From: Trichinella spiralis
Lineage: Eukaryota
Direction: 5' to 3'
Length of the DNA stretch: 64,000 nt
Assembly: GCF_000181795.1 (NCBI RefSeq)
Contig: NW_003526945.1
Location: 6,226,394-6,290,393, forward strand
Position numbers and translations under genes: made by a program. The notes under the pieces were generated by a model, which saw nothing but the letters and a program-made list of their open reading frames with translations, was not told where the DNA came from and made no database searches. Of this stretch, positions 12,959-25,800 are shown one piece after another (within the stretch, counting starts at the first letter, position 1; each line of letters starts with the position of its first letter).

Positions 12959-14933
12959 CTTCTTGCTTTTGCTGATGTGCCACCACTTATACTATTATTA
13001 TCAGCATTATTATTATTATTACTAAAGCTATTACTATTGCTGCTGCTGCTGCTACTACTACTAATACCACCATCAGAACTAGTACTTTCTGCTTTCCACC
13101 AACGCATTGCACAAATGCACAACATTCAATACACCAGTCTTCAACCGGAACATAAATTCCGTTGTTGCCAATTTTGAACACAACACAAACTCTTCCGGCA
13201 TCCGCCTTCTTCTGTGTACTCTGTTGCTCATTTTCAACACATCCACTTGTCAATCGTCCAATCATACGAACCGATTGCACACAACATCAATTATTTGCAA
13301 TTCTACCTCATTTTTCTTCCCATCACACCACCACCACCACCACCATCAACCATCAACCATCAACTCCTCCCGTTAACAAAACAAAATTCATCCAAAATGC
13401 ACAATCAAATACTTGATCATTTCATACTGTATTTTTTTTTATTGAAGATCAAACTTTATACCACAATGACGTCAGTTGAAAACTTTTTGTTTCACCAGTT
13501 GATCATATCAATTAGAATTAAAAAATTATTTATTATTTCGCTGGCAAAACAGGTCGTCCAGATTTGCTCTATTCCAACATAATTAATAAATGAAATGACA
13601 AATAATTAATGGTCAGAGTAGAGCAGAAAAATAAAAAATAATATAATAGATTAATTAGAAAAATAAAATCAATATTAATAGTGAAATATAATTTTCTTAA
13701 TTTTTATCGTGAAATGTTTTATTTAAAATTACACCTGCCATCTGATGAAACATACTCTCAAGTTGGACATCCGTTACTGCAGCATGAACTGCATAAACAA
13801 AACCAACTCGTCAATAAATCAAAAAAAGAAAAATAAATAAAGATTACTCATTTTGTTGTCATTCAAAAAATATACATTTCAGTCACAATGGAAATCAAAA
13901 TGTTCCACAATTAGATTAATTAATTAATTAATAATAAAATAACACGTCATTTTCGTTTTATTCAACCGTATCCGGCAAATTCAAATATTATTATCACACC
14001 TATGTTACTTTTTATTTTGCGCCATGGAAAATTAAAACCCATGTCATCGAAAAATCCCCCTCCCCATCAAAAAAAAATAAAATTTTTTTTATTTGTCTTT
14101 TTTCCAATCGCGCAATGCTGACAAATAAAAATAGAGGAGTACTGTAGAATTGTGTTTTTTTTATCGATTACCTTCTCATCACAATTTACAACTTTCACAC
14201 AGAAGTTGCGAGTAAAAAGTAGTAGAAAAAACTGAAGAAAAAGAAAAAAACGACAAGCACCGTTGCGAAAAATTGCAACAAAAAGTCGAGCGTGTTGAAG
14301 CGAACGCTTTCGACGTTGTTCAATCAAATGTGCAAAAGGGACAAAAAGCGAATTAAAGGAAAATAGAAAAAAAAAATTTTTTTTCCACCGGTCGTTTTTA
14401 TGCATCCCCAAAACACGCAACAGCCGACTGCTTGTTGTCGCTAATTTTAGAAAAGCACAAACGCGAGCACGGATGTCACGCATATTTTTCTCCCAATACG
14501 ATTCGACGAAAAATCCATTCATTCATAATTGCTTTGTTGTCGTTGTTGTTGATCTTTTTTTTTGAATTCTTTTGAATGATTTTTCCAAATTTATACTGCT
14601 ACATTAATTGGTTTCTGTTTGATAAAATTCAAAGAGGAAAAGTGAAAATTCAACAACACCCTCCCTACAGTGCCTAAGACAGAAAATGCTAGAAGATGAA
14701 GAAGCTTGCTTGTCAATTTCTCCAACTTTAGTCAAAAATTCTACTACTGATAAAAAAATACTAAATATATTTCTGTTGATATAATTTTCCATTTGAAAAT
14801 ATTCCTCTTTCTCATTCAATAATAATAATAATAATAGCAACGTTCAATACTACTTACTTGTGTTGGATACAATTTCAAATTTTTCCAATGGCAAATATTC
14901 GTCGCCATGCACGTCCAATTCCAAGTGAGACAT
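8252..14933 (-). CDS. CTDSP1: CTD small phosphatase (SCP1/CTDSP family, HAD/NIF domain; C. elegans scpl-1-like). Exons 14933-14858, 13788-13735, 10718-10674, 9674-9508, 9395-9291, 9216-9160, 9073-8981, 8846-8748, 8678-8592, 8467-8252
   Basis: The spliced product contains [18 protein letters not shown] (DxDxT catalytic motif), [66 protein letters not shown] and IVDNSPASY. All introns are GT-AG with consistent phase. The three most 5' exons rest on splice-phase logic only. Confidence 0.93.
12019..12310 (-). CDS. Putative alternative first coding exon of the CTD small phosphatase (Arg-rich N-terminus)
   Basis: GC-rich open frame from ATG 12310 to a consensus GTAAGT donor at 12018. It is 292 nt (phase 1), compatible with the phase-1 exons starting at 10718 and 9674. 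Confidence 0.55.
12899..12952. repeat. (TG)27 microsatellite
   Basis: Perfect dinucleotide run, preceded by short (TA)n and (CT)n runs. Confidence 0.97.
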
Positions 14934-14987
14934 GTCGAAAATGAACACCACACAACAGCACACAACGACGTCAAATTAACAACGTCC

Positions 14988-15002
14988 GGCGCCGGCCAGT
15001 CT
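14988..15002 (+). promoter_or_regulatory. Candidate BMP-responsive Smad element GGCGCC-N5-GTCT
   Basis: Sequence GGCGCC GGCCA GTCT matches the GRCGNC(N5)GTCT consensus. The next base is A rather than the G of the strict silencer consensus. Confidence 0.45.
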
Positions 15003-17647
15003 AACATCAAGACGGCCAGCAATAGTCGAATAGAAATCCATGCTACGGGCACCTGTCAAAAAGCCAAATGGATATAATAATTCATATGTATATAAATGTG
15101 TGTATTTATGTATACAAAAACGGTAAACGGTTTGAATTAGTCACGTTTGCTTGTTATTATTATTATTTTTTAAATTATTTATTGTAATCGTCGTGGGTTG
15201 GTTACTTGATTATTTGCATTCCCCTCTTTTTCGTCAGTCTGCATGCATGCTGTTGAGAAAATGAAAAGCGCAACAAAGGCAAGAAAGAATGACTTGGCTG
15301 CTGCCAGTTGAAGCGCATTCTGCTCATAAAATGCAACTACCTTCTGCACACCTCTCTGCACAAACCAATCAAATCTCATCAATCATTTTTTCTTTGAAGG
15401 AACAAAGCACACTTTTAACTATTTATCCACAATTGAATAAATACAAATTTACATACAAAATATACAAAAATTTTAGCTAAGAATAATTAGCATAAAAAAA
15501 AGAAGGAAAAAATAGAAGAAGAAAAGGAAGAGGAAGAAGAAAGTATGACTGAGTGAGTGAAAGAGAAGAGAGAAAAAGAAAAACAGACATAACAACAGCC
15601 AGCCAGTCAGTCAGTTAGCTTAGTAGCTAGCTAGCTAGTTAGCTAGATAGGTAGTCAGTTAGCTTTCAGTCGACACGTCTGCGTCCTTTCCGTTTTCCAT
15701 TCAATCATGTCGCAGCTCCACTGCTAAAGCTGTGCAAACAATTAATTTTGTTCAACCGTTGCATCCGTTTGAAATGACCAATCAGAGAATTTTGTCAAAT
15801 AAGAGAAACAAATCTAACTCTTAGCGATAAAGTGAAATAAGCATATATACTACACATATAATTGGAAGAATGAAAAGAATAAAAACCTCTCGTTAATAAT
15901 AATAATAATAACAAGGTGTCATTTTGCAAAGTGGTTGACGATGATGAGACTAATGAGATTGTCGGTGGTCATTCATTATTTTCCACCAAATGAGCCAAAT
16001 TATCCAAGCTCCCCACTGAGCTGTGAAGCGGATCTGATTTTGTCAAAGCACCCAACATATACGTAGAACCTGACCACACACACACACTTAATCACTGCTC
16101 ACACTGACCTGATCAAACGCTTCTTGCGGATGTTGTTTGCGCACGACCAACCACTGCAAAGTTGATACAATCCACTGAATCACACGTACAATTCACTGTT
16201 ACAGTAATTAATGATTTTGAAACAAAAACAACCTACGATAATTATTATAATTACGCAGGTACCTTTTCTTTTCTGTTAAAGTATACACAATAACCAGAAA
16301 TACGAGTGCATTGAAAACATCATCAACAATATCAAAAATCAGTTGCTCGATGATATTATTTTTATATGCAGAAAAAAAAATAACAAAATCGAATTCCATA
16401 CATTATTCACATTCTGAATCACGACCTATTGCACATCGAATAAAAATAATCAATGTGTGCGTACGATTTGGTTGGTAGTGAAATGTTCGTTTTTTTTCTC
16501 TCAAAATGAAAGTATTTTTTCAAACAACACAAAATACACAACACTGAATACAACTAACTGAACCGTAAGTAAAAACTGTTGAACCGATTATTCGATTAAA
16601 ACTATACCCACTGTAATGATAAGTATTTTAAATTGAACATGCAGCATGTTTTTCAGTATTTACGAAAGCATTAGTTCACGTCAATTACACTAATAGCAGT
16701 TGGGATTAAAATTCAAAGACAAAAAGCAAAAAGATATAAAATATAAAACAAAGCATACGCTTGAAAGGGGCAGAAAAATCGTCACGCCGCGTACGTGAAA
16801 AAGGGATCAACGTCATTATTAAAATTAAAATTAAAAGAAAAATCGAAACTTATCATCTGAATTCATCGTGCAAAGTGCATTTTTCTACCGGTGAAAAAAT
16901 TGCACATGTGCTACTTTGCATTTTGACAGTGGACGAAAACAATATTGCGTATCAAAAAGCGCCAACCAATATGTGCAGATCAAAAACAAATCAAACCAAA
17001 CCAAATGCTGCTTTTCCACACTCTAGTCAATTTTCTCTATATGCGAACTTTTTATTCAAATTGAAAAGAAAAGAAAAGCAAGCTTATAGACATTATGAAC
17101 AAAACAACATTCATGCAATGGACGAGCATATCGTGTTACAGATGAAAAATAATCATCCCTATTGATCACTTTAGCGTGCTCATCATTAGCATTAATCCAC
17201 GAACGCTGACTTTACACTGGTTTCAAATGCATAATCGCATATGAAATGTGAAAATATAATGGAAAAAAGAAATTTCTTTTTTTCAATTTACTAGCCCCAT
17301 ACACATTTAGTCTGCGAATGCAAAATATATACATATATATAGTAACCAATGTAACTCAGTGTAAAAATTGTAAGCTGATCAAAGTGATACAGAAAATGCT
17401 TTGTGTGAAAGCCATTCACGAAAATGTGCCCCATTTAAACACATCTTCCACTTTTCCAACTTTGATTTACATCTGTTCTGAAACGTTACCTTGAGGCAGA
17501 AAAGCATATTTATGCATTTTATCTCAAGTTAATTTCATCTATTTATCTGAGGCTATGGAGAAACTATTTCTCACGAGCTATAATACACATGATAATATAA
17601 AAAGAAATAAAGTGTAGCTCAGAAAGTAATTTAAAAATTGAATAAAG

Positions 17648-17649
<2 letters not shown>

Positions 17650-17682
<33 letters not shown>
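17650..17682. repeat. (TA)16 microsatellite
   Basis: Perfect dinucleotide run. Confidence 0.95.
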
Positions 17683-17685
<3 letters not shown>

Positions 17686-20600
17686 TCGCTCTCTCTTCAA
17701 GTTTTGTACTTTTCAGAGCATGCCAGAAATGCTACAAACTTGTCCACAAATATTGAAATGAATGATAGAAACAAAATTAACGACTGCGGTAAAAACTGAT
17801 ATCAACAATTAGCAATGATTCGCTCATTTCAATTATGAAAAGTTCACATTACCTTCCCACACAATTTCTGAAAACCATCGATCAATGTCTGGAAACGTTT
17901 TCACACATTTTAATTGAAAAAAAAAAGAAAACCATTCCGGATAAAAGATTTGGCCAGTGAAAATATTAAAAAAAAATTTTCTCTCAAGAACAAATATTTC
18001 CACATGTTGATGAGCATCTGAAATATTATTAACTAGAAATTTTTCACATAATTTGCTGAAAATATCAAAATTTCTCCTTCAACAATTTACAATATTATCT
18101 GTTATTAATGAAATATACAACCGGTGAATAAATCAATTCAGCAGCTGAAAAAGTAGTTGATGGAAATTTATTTGAAAAGTTTAAATTTTCCTCATAAAAA
18201 GCTTTGATTTGTGCAAATTTACTGAACTGATTGATTTTTGATGGAATTTTCACTGCAAATGCAATCCTGCAGTGTAAGATTCATCAATTTGACTCCTGTC
18301 ACGAAAACCTGAGGCGAAGGAGCTACAGTAATATAATACATGTACCTGAAAATCATGTTAGCATAGCAAGATCAAGGGTAGAAAGATGTGGAAAGGCAGA
18401 GAGGCATTTTACAGAAAATGATGGCCAAATTCGTCTTCCATTTTAGACATCGTAAAAGGGAACAATGCAAATAACAATGTCGACACGGTTGCATTGCGCT
18501 GACAGTCAGCGAAAAAGTAGCATTTGCAGCAGGTCGAGCAAGAGACAATGACGCAAACGAGAAATTTCTGCTTTGTGCACAAAAACAACACATGTGCAAG
18601 GCAACTGATGATCATTCGCGCAATGAAGCGAAAAAGAAGAAATTGTGACACAGCCAGCGAATCAAGCAACTTTAATAAAAGCGATGCCATTTGCACAGAG
18701 GAAAGCTACGTACAGAAAAATGCTACGTCATGAAAACAAATTTTCCGTTTCATTCAAACTCGTTCACTGTGATAAATCATCAATGCCAAAATACTGGAAA
18801 ACATTACTCGACAACAAAAAAAATCTGTTCGACGAAGCATTGCATGCGTTACTTAAATGCTCACTAGTAATGAATATGATGATATTTTCACAGATACAAA
18901 AGAAACGATTTTTTCAATATTTATATGTAAATATTTAGGAAAAAATTTGTACGTGCAAAAAACTGTGATCACGTATGACAAAAAATACAGATACTCGTTG
19001 TTAATATAAACAGAAATTACAACATTGACATCTTCATTTATAAATTGCGAATGTTCTTGTGTAATGAAATTCTAGATTTCTAATTAAAAGCGAAACCTCT
19101 GAGCAAATACCGTTTCACGAACTGAACTATGTAGTGTAAAGTAAATAATGACTTTGAATAAAATGTGTTTAAAATTTTAAATAAGAAATAAGTAAAATAA
19201 AACGAACTTTGCAAAACATTCATCGATGGCGCTAACAACACTGAAACAGCGTGACTTCATCTGTCCATACACACGTCAGAAAAAAAAACAGTCGTATATT
19301 CTATAAAATTCAAATGCACAAAATTTTTAACGTACATATATGCAAAGCGCGAAAAATAAGTATATTATAAACACGTAAAAAGTGATCTTGAAATAAATCA
19401 TCACAAATAGCAGTTTACACGCGTGTTGATAAAGCAAAACATGCATCCATGAAAAATGACAAATAAAGCATACTTTGTCACGTCACGTCCCTCACACAAG
19501 TATTATTATTTCATCATTGCATAAGAGAATGATTTACAATCGTGAAAGTGCACATTTTCAACAGGCAATAAACGGAAAACAAAGTCAGCGGTATTTTCAA
19601 ACAAATTTCAACAAGGCGACAACGAACACGTAGCAGAAATTATCTTTTCTGTTTATGAAGCAGTGTGTCATAGATAAATATATATAAATTGTATAAAAAG
19701 ATAGCATAAATTTGTCAACACTTTGTAATAACGAAAAAGAATATTTTGTCATACTGTAGCTAGCATTCAAGTTTTCTAAGTACACATAATGTCTATGCAG
19801 TATTCAAGTGAACATGATCAACGACGGATGACGTTGAAACTTGTTAATGAAAAAATTCTGTTCTTTTTTTAATTTTCTCAAATTATACATCTACAATTTA
19901 TAACATTGCAAATAAGTACACCTGTGCCACTACAACTGCACAGTATGCAAATGTTTAATTATAAGATGCATAAATTATTATTGAAAGCAATAATTTATTC
20001 ACATGTTTTGTTTGTTTATGAAACTTATCTCGAATTTAAAATGTCGAATAAATAACTGAAACGAAACAAACGAGTGACTTTATTATATTTATTTATTTAT
20101 AACCCTTGTCGACACTACTCGAACACTATAAAGGTGAACAACCTGAAACTAATTTAGTACAATTAGTTGGTTTTCACTTTTTGCAAAAACTTGATACGAC
20201 TACTGTTTTTAATTAAACAAAATAAATTAAATCGAATAGATTGGAGGAAAAAAGAAAACTGATACAAAAAAATAGTCGTGAATGTGAAAGCAAATGTGAT
20301 AAACTGAAAATGTATTTACAAAATGCATTTATAAGTAAATATTTGTTTCGCTATAATGCAGACAAATTGATCGCTATGAAATTAAAATAAATAATAAACC
20401 ACACCTGGTAATAATTAAATCAGAGCAGTGATGCAACAGTTCTATTGAACCCATGGTAATTTTGAGTTAATGAAAAACAAATGCGCCACAATTAAGAATG
20501 TATTGAAATTAATGCTGGACAATATTTTCAATCGGGGAATTTCATAAACAGATTACAACGATTTTTGAAATTTGGTAACGCTTGACAGTGTTTGACGTGC

Positions 20601-21613
20601 TGTTGAGCAAACTAGATAACAGCGCACATCACTGGGTAAATGTGGATGGATGTAAATATGAATAATGCACGTTATTTATTCACAGTAATGCGTAAACAAA
20701 ATTTAAACTGTAAAAATTTTCAAAACTGCAAAACGAGGAAACGCGTTTTCAAAAAAAGACATACGCGTATAGTATAAAATAATAGAGTACATTTACAATT
20801 CGAAAATTATAAATTTCAGAAATATCAGTTTTATATTGTTCCAGCAACGTCATTCAAATTGGATTCAAAAGTTTTAGAAAATGTATTTTTGAATTTTTTT
20901 TAGAAATCTTTAAAATTCATTACAGTTATTTAAATATTTAGCCATTAATGTTGAATATTAAGTAAAAAAATACAGTCATCATCATCAGATCGTGCCGTAA
21001 ATTAGGCGACTGTGACTTTTAACAATTTTTTTTAGTTTTTCTTCAACTGTTTTCAAATACAATAAGTCTCTTCGATAGCTCTTTTTGTAGAATATCATCG
21101 GTACAAGTAGAAAAATTATTCATTTTTTTAAATTATAAATAAATGATTTTCCATTTATCAAACAGTACAGTGGAAGGTAAACTGAAAAATCGAATGGCAT
21201 TTCAGAATCTGATAATTTTTTAAAAAAATGAATTTTTTTCATTACAATTGTGTATCAAGTGCGGTTATTTATGGTTCATAAACTGCCGGTACGTATTGGA
21301 ATAATTCATATAATATTTCAGCGTAATTGTGTTTTTGTTAAGCGGTGCTTTTTTGTATAACATTATTCGGCATACATTGAAACAGCAAAATTAAAAAAAA
21401 ACATTGAGCAAATTTCACATAATTTTCTTTCAATAATTCCATTGAATATAATTTAAAAAAAAAGAAAACGACATTAAATTCCACTGCTACAGTATGATTA
21501 ATTCTTAAGCGTTTTGGTATACTGTAAATTTTAAGAGTTATTTCAGACGCCGGCCGCTGTTGCTCAGGTAACACATTTGATGCTCGAGTTGTGTGTTTAC
21601 GGTAGTATTCTCC

Positions 21614-22249
21614 ATGGCCGAAGATGACAGAGAAATATTTCGCCTTTGGAAGATACGGCACAATGCATTTCAAATGTGTCGTGATCGCGGTTTTCTGGTC
21701 ACATCGAACGAACTAGACCAAAATTTTGAAGATTTTGTACGACAGTATGGGGATCGACCAAGCGAAGGAAAACCCGCCAGATCGGATTTGAGTTTCCTTG
21801 TTTCGCACGAAGAGGACGCTGCTGAAAATCTATTTGTTTATTTTGCTGATGAGAAAAAAGTTGGCATAAAGACCATAAAAAACGTCTGTCTACGCCTCCA
21901 GAGTGAAAATATGAGTAGAGCTATTATGATTGTTCAAGAACCGATGACGGCCATAGCCCGACATTCAGTAGCGGATCTCTCCCCTAAATATAGGTTAGAA
22001 CAATTTTTGGAGGCCGAATTGATGGTAAATATAATACGGCACGAGCTTGTACCACGGCATGTCATCATGTCCAGTAAAGAAAAGGACGAACTGTTGGACA
22101 GGTATAAAATCAAAGAACATCAACTGCCGAGGATCCAAAGCACTGACCCAATTGCTCGTTATTATGGCGTTGTTCGCGGACAGGTATTTAAAATAATTAG
22201 GCCATCAGAGACTGCTGGCTATTACGTGTCTTATCGTGTTGTTGTCTGA
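21614..22249 (+). CDS. POLR2E: DNA-directed RNA polymerases I, II, III subunit RPABC1 (RPB5); single coding exon
   Basis: 211-aa ORF MAEDDREIFRLWKIR..QMCRDRG..KVGIKTIK..LEQFLEAELMVNI.RHELVPRH..LPRIQSTDPIARYYG..GQVFKIIRPSETAG is a clear RPB5. Confidence 0.98.
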   Translation: MAEDDREIFRLWKIRHNAFQMCRDRGFLVTSNELDQNFEDFVRQYGDRPSEGKPARSDLSFLVSHEEDAAENLFVYFADEKKVGIKTIKNVCLRLQSENMSRAIMIVQEPMTAIARHSVADLSPKYRLEQFLEAELMVNIIRHELVPRHVIMSSKEKDELLDRYKIKEHQLPRIQSTDPIARYYGVVRGQVFKIIRPSETAGYYVSYRVVV

Positions 22250-22891
22250 ATAAAGCTTTCCCAATTTTATGAAGTGTATTTCTGACATATTTTGCATATG
22301 CACTGTTATTATTATTGAAGTTATAAATTTCACTCTTATATTTTGTTTTACATTTAGATTTTGAATTTGAAATGAAAACTGTTTAAATTATTATTAATGT
22401 TAATTTTTGTAATTTAGAAATTGAAAACGATATTTCTGATTTTGAGCCTGCCCATTCACCCACAAATTAATAACTGAAACATTAACTTTGCCCGATCATA
22501 AAAAATTAAAATAATATACTATTATAACTTACCTGTTGTCACATTCGTCGTTAGGGCTTACATCAATAATTTCTACTTAAGCGTGGTTATTTAATACTCT
22601 GTGATAATAATAATAATAATAAGATGAGTGTAAAATATCGAGCAGTTGTTTGCCACAAACAAACGCACGCGTATGCTTGAAGAAAAAGCAATATATTAAC
22701 TTAACTTTCAACTTATATATATATATATTTGCATCGAACACTCACTCATCCATACTTACGTATACTGAATTATAGCCGACTATAAAAAAATTAAATACCA
22801 GCCAATCAAATAAATAAATAAATAAATGTAAAAATGCATTTGTTTCTTATAAAAATACTAAAACTATAAAAAGCTTATAAAATTGAAATAA

Positions 22892-25800
22892 CTACTGAAG
22901 TTTTGGAGGAGAAACAGCAACCAGACGTCGGTTGTGCTGTTGTTGTTGCTCTTGATCTGCAATTTGATTTTGTTGTAAAGGCGCAGCCGGAGGATACTCA
23001 CGCGACAATCTGTTAACATTTTCATCCATGTATTTCAAATCACCAGAACTGCATTCATAGCTTCCAAAATTTTTCGGTGATATAACAATATCCTGACTGT
23101 CATCGTTCAGTTTGTCCATTTCATCTGGTGGTGAAACATTATTCACACACTGACTCTAAACGAGATTTGAAGATTAAAGAAAAAAAGATTGGCCCTTTTT
23201 TTCTTTTTACAAATCAGTCATCAGTAAAATTTAAATGTGAAAACTTACTTAATTGTAAACTTTATTTAATTTCAATAAATATCCTTACAGATTATATTGT
23301 ATTTTTTTTTCCTCTTGCAACATACAAAGATCTATTGCTTGCAACTGAGTATTATTATTGTATAAAAGAGGGAAAATATTTGCACCAAAGGTTAATAAAT
23401 ACACGATCTAGCTCAGCTCACCGACGAATAATCATCCGTGGCGGCATTCAATCCACCACTTCCGTGATCTTCAGCTGTTTCTGGTTGATGACAACAGCAG
23501 CGTTGGTTTTGAAATTCTAAAAGAAAAAAAATATATCATCAAAAAGCAATAATAATGCTAATAATTTTCGTGTTTCACATACACAATAATAAAAATGAAA
23601 AAATAAAAAAAAAACACTACCATCGTCTAATTCGGAAAAATCATCTTCGTCTTCGTAGATTTCATGCGTTATGTAGGATTTTCTTTGCACTTTTCTCCAA
23701 AGCAAAACCGCAAACACCAAAACCACCACCACAGAAATAAAAATAATAAAACCAACTGCAATGCCTGAAAAATTAATGAATAATAACAGTGATTTGAAAT
23801 TCTTTATCAAATTAATTCAAAAGAGAAATACTGTTATTAATTTTTTTTGCCAGTATTATTTGTGTGATTGTTTTTTTCTAAGAAATAATTCAAGTTGTTT
23901 CTCTATAAGACGGAATCAAAAAAAAATACATATATATATACATAAAAGCAAAAGTGGTAAAGCAAAGCTACTACGAGAAAATCAACACACAACTAACTAT
24001 CTCTCTCTCTCTCTCTCTCTCTAACCTGCGCTTTCTCCGTCAGATTTTTCTGCAAAATCATTTTCATTCAAAGGAGTTGTCAAATGTGTAAAAACATCTT
24101 CCAGTTCAATATTGTCAGCATATATACGTGTTTCTAGCAGACGATCCCACGCAGGCATTGTCTAATAAATTTGCATTTTCACCACATTATGGATCTGCAA
24201 ATGTATTATTATATTATTCGAACTCACCAATGACGCGGATGTCGTAAGCGGCTGAAGCGTTTCGGTAGTTAATCCACACGGAGACAAGTGTACATCTTCA
24301 TTGTTTATTGAATACAGTCGAAATCGTCGTTCTGGATCCGTAAATCCGACAGTTTTAACCAATTCGAACAATGGAACAGAAGATTCACCGGCAACAGCAT
24401 TATTTTCGATCAACAAATCTAATCAACAATCAATCAATCAATCAATCAATGCAAAACACACATTATATACTACTTTAACTGATTAGAAATTATTACTGTT
24501 CATTCAAAACAAATAAACTAAATTTTAAAAATAATGAAATAATACTTGATATGCAGCCTCGATATTTTGTCACATTTGCACTTGATGAAAGCTGACGAAA
24601 TCCACCAACCAACAATTCCCCTCGTCGAAGTATGGTCGAATCCAGTAGCGGTACATCTTTCTCTTGATCATCCACCTGTAAACGTACATTTGTATCGAAA
24701 TAATTAAACTCGGAAATTTAAACCTTGATAATCATTTTGAAATCATTGTACAATTGAAGCAAAACAAGATGAGGTTTATCGTTCAAGTAGTTGCCGTAAA
24801 AGTGATAAATGACGGATGATAATTGTTTATCGTCGAATATTTGAAAAGCCAACTCATTGTTGAACAGCATGATGTTGAAATAGGACCCTTTCAACGGTCG
24901 GCTTTTCTCTATTAGCAGCATCGCCTGACGGTCCCTGAGTTTGAATGGCGTCATGAAAACGAAACGCAGCAAATCGCTCGCTTGTCCAAACAGGCTAACC
25001 GGTGCACCGCCACCACCACCACCACCACCGTGAGATGATGAGAACAATTTGTCCAAACGGAACGAAATCACGCTGTGGCCAGTAAAATGCACTCCTTCGT
25101 CTTAAAACATATTGTATGCAAATTTTCGATTCATATTCATTCATGATAAAATAATTTCAAATTATCAACCGTGTGAGCAATTTTTCCCAGAAAAAGCAGT
25201 ATCACTGCAGTGGCATTGTTCGTTCAATGTACGCGTCGACCAGTCGACCGTGAAATGTCCACCGTTGAAACAGATCAGTGAAGATTTGGAATAAAATCTG
25301 CATCCACTAGAATCGGCTGAAAAAAATTTTTTTTTCAATTTAAAAACATAAAAAAATAAAAATAAAAAAAAACATACGAGAATCTGTTGTCCGTTCACCG
25401 GCCTTTTTCAAATCCACGTCATCGGAACCAATTCTCAGACCACGCATGCAGCCCAAGTAATTTTCAAGCTTTGTCGCGTACACGGCTTGTCGTTTTTTCC
25501 GTCCATTATAAAACGCTTGGGATGGAAGTCCGCCGACATAGGTTAATGTATAATTGGATATATTGTTCGGTGGAACTGGCGGACGTGGTGGAATCACCGT
25601 CTCTGAAATGTGTACGCAAAAAATAAAATGAGCACACAAAAACAGCAATTTCATGGAAATTATGCAAAGTTTGAGTAGAAATAAAATAATAATAATAATA
25701 ATAATAAATTCATACGAAAATTATACGGATCTATAAAACTGGTAACGTAATTTCCTGACATCCAAGTGGTGGCGTCAATTTTACAACTGACATCTTCAAC

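Noticed and set aside
12705..13582. Cluster of overlapping ORFs (poly-HT, poly-CV, poly-L)
   Set aside because: They arise from microsatellites and have no protein-like features.
16000..21500. Short ORFs in the long AT-rich gap between SCP and RPB5
   Set aside because: No recognisable motifs or consistent exon chain; treated as intergenic or non-coding leader sequence.
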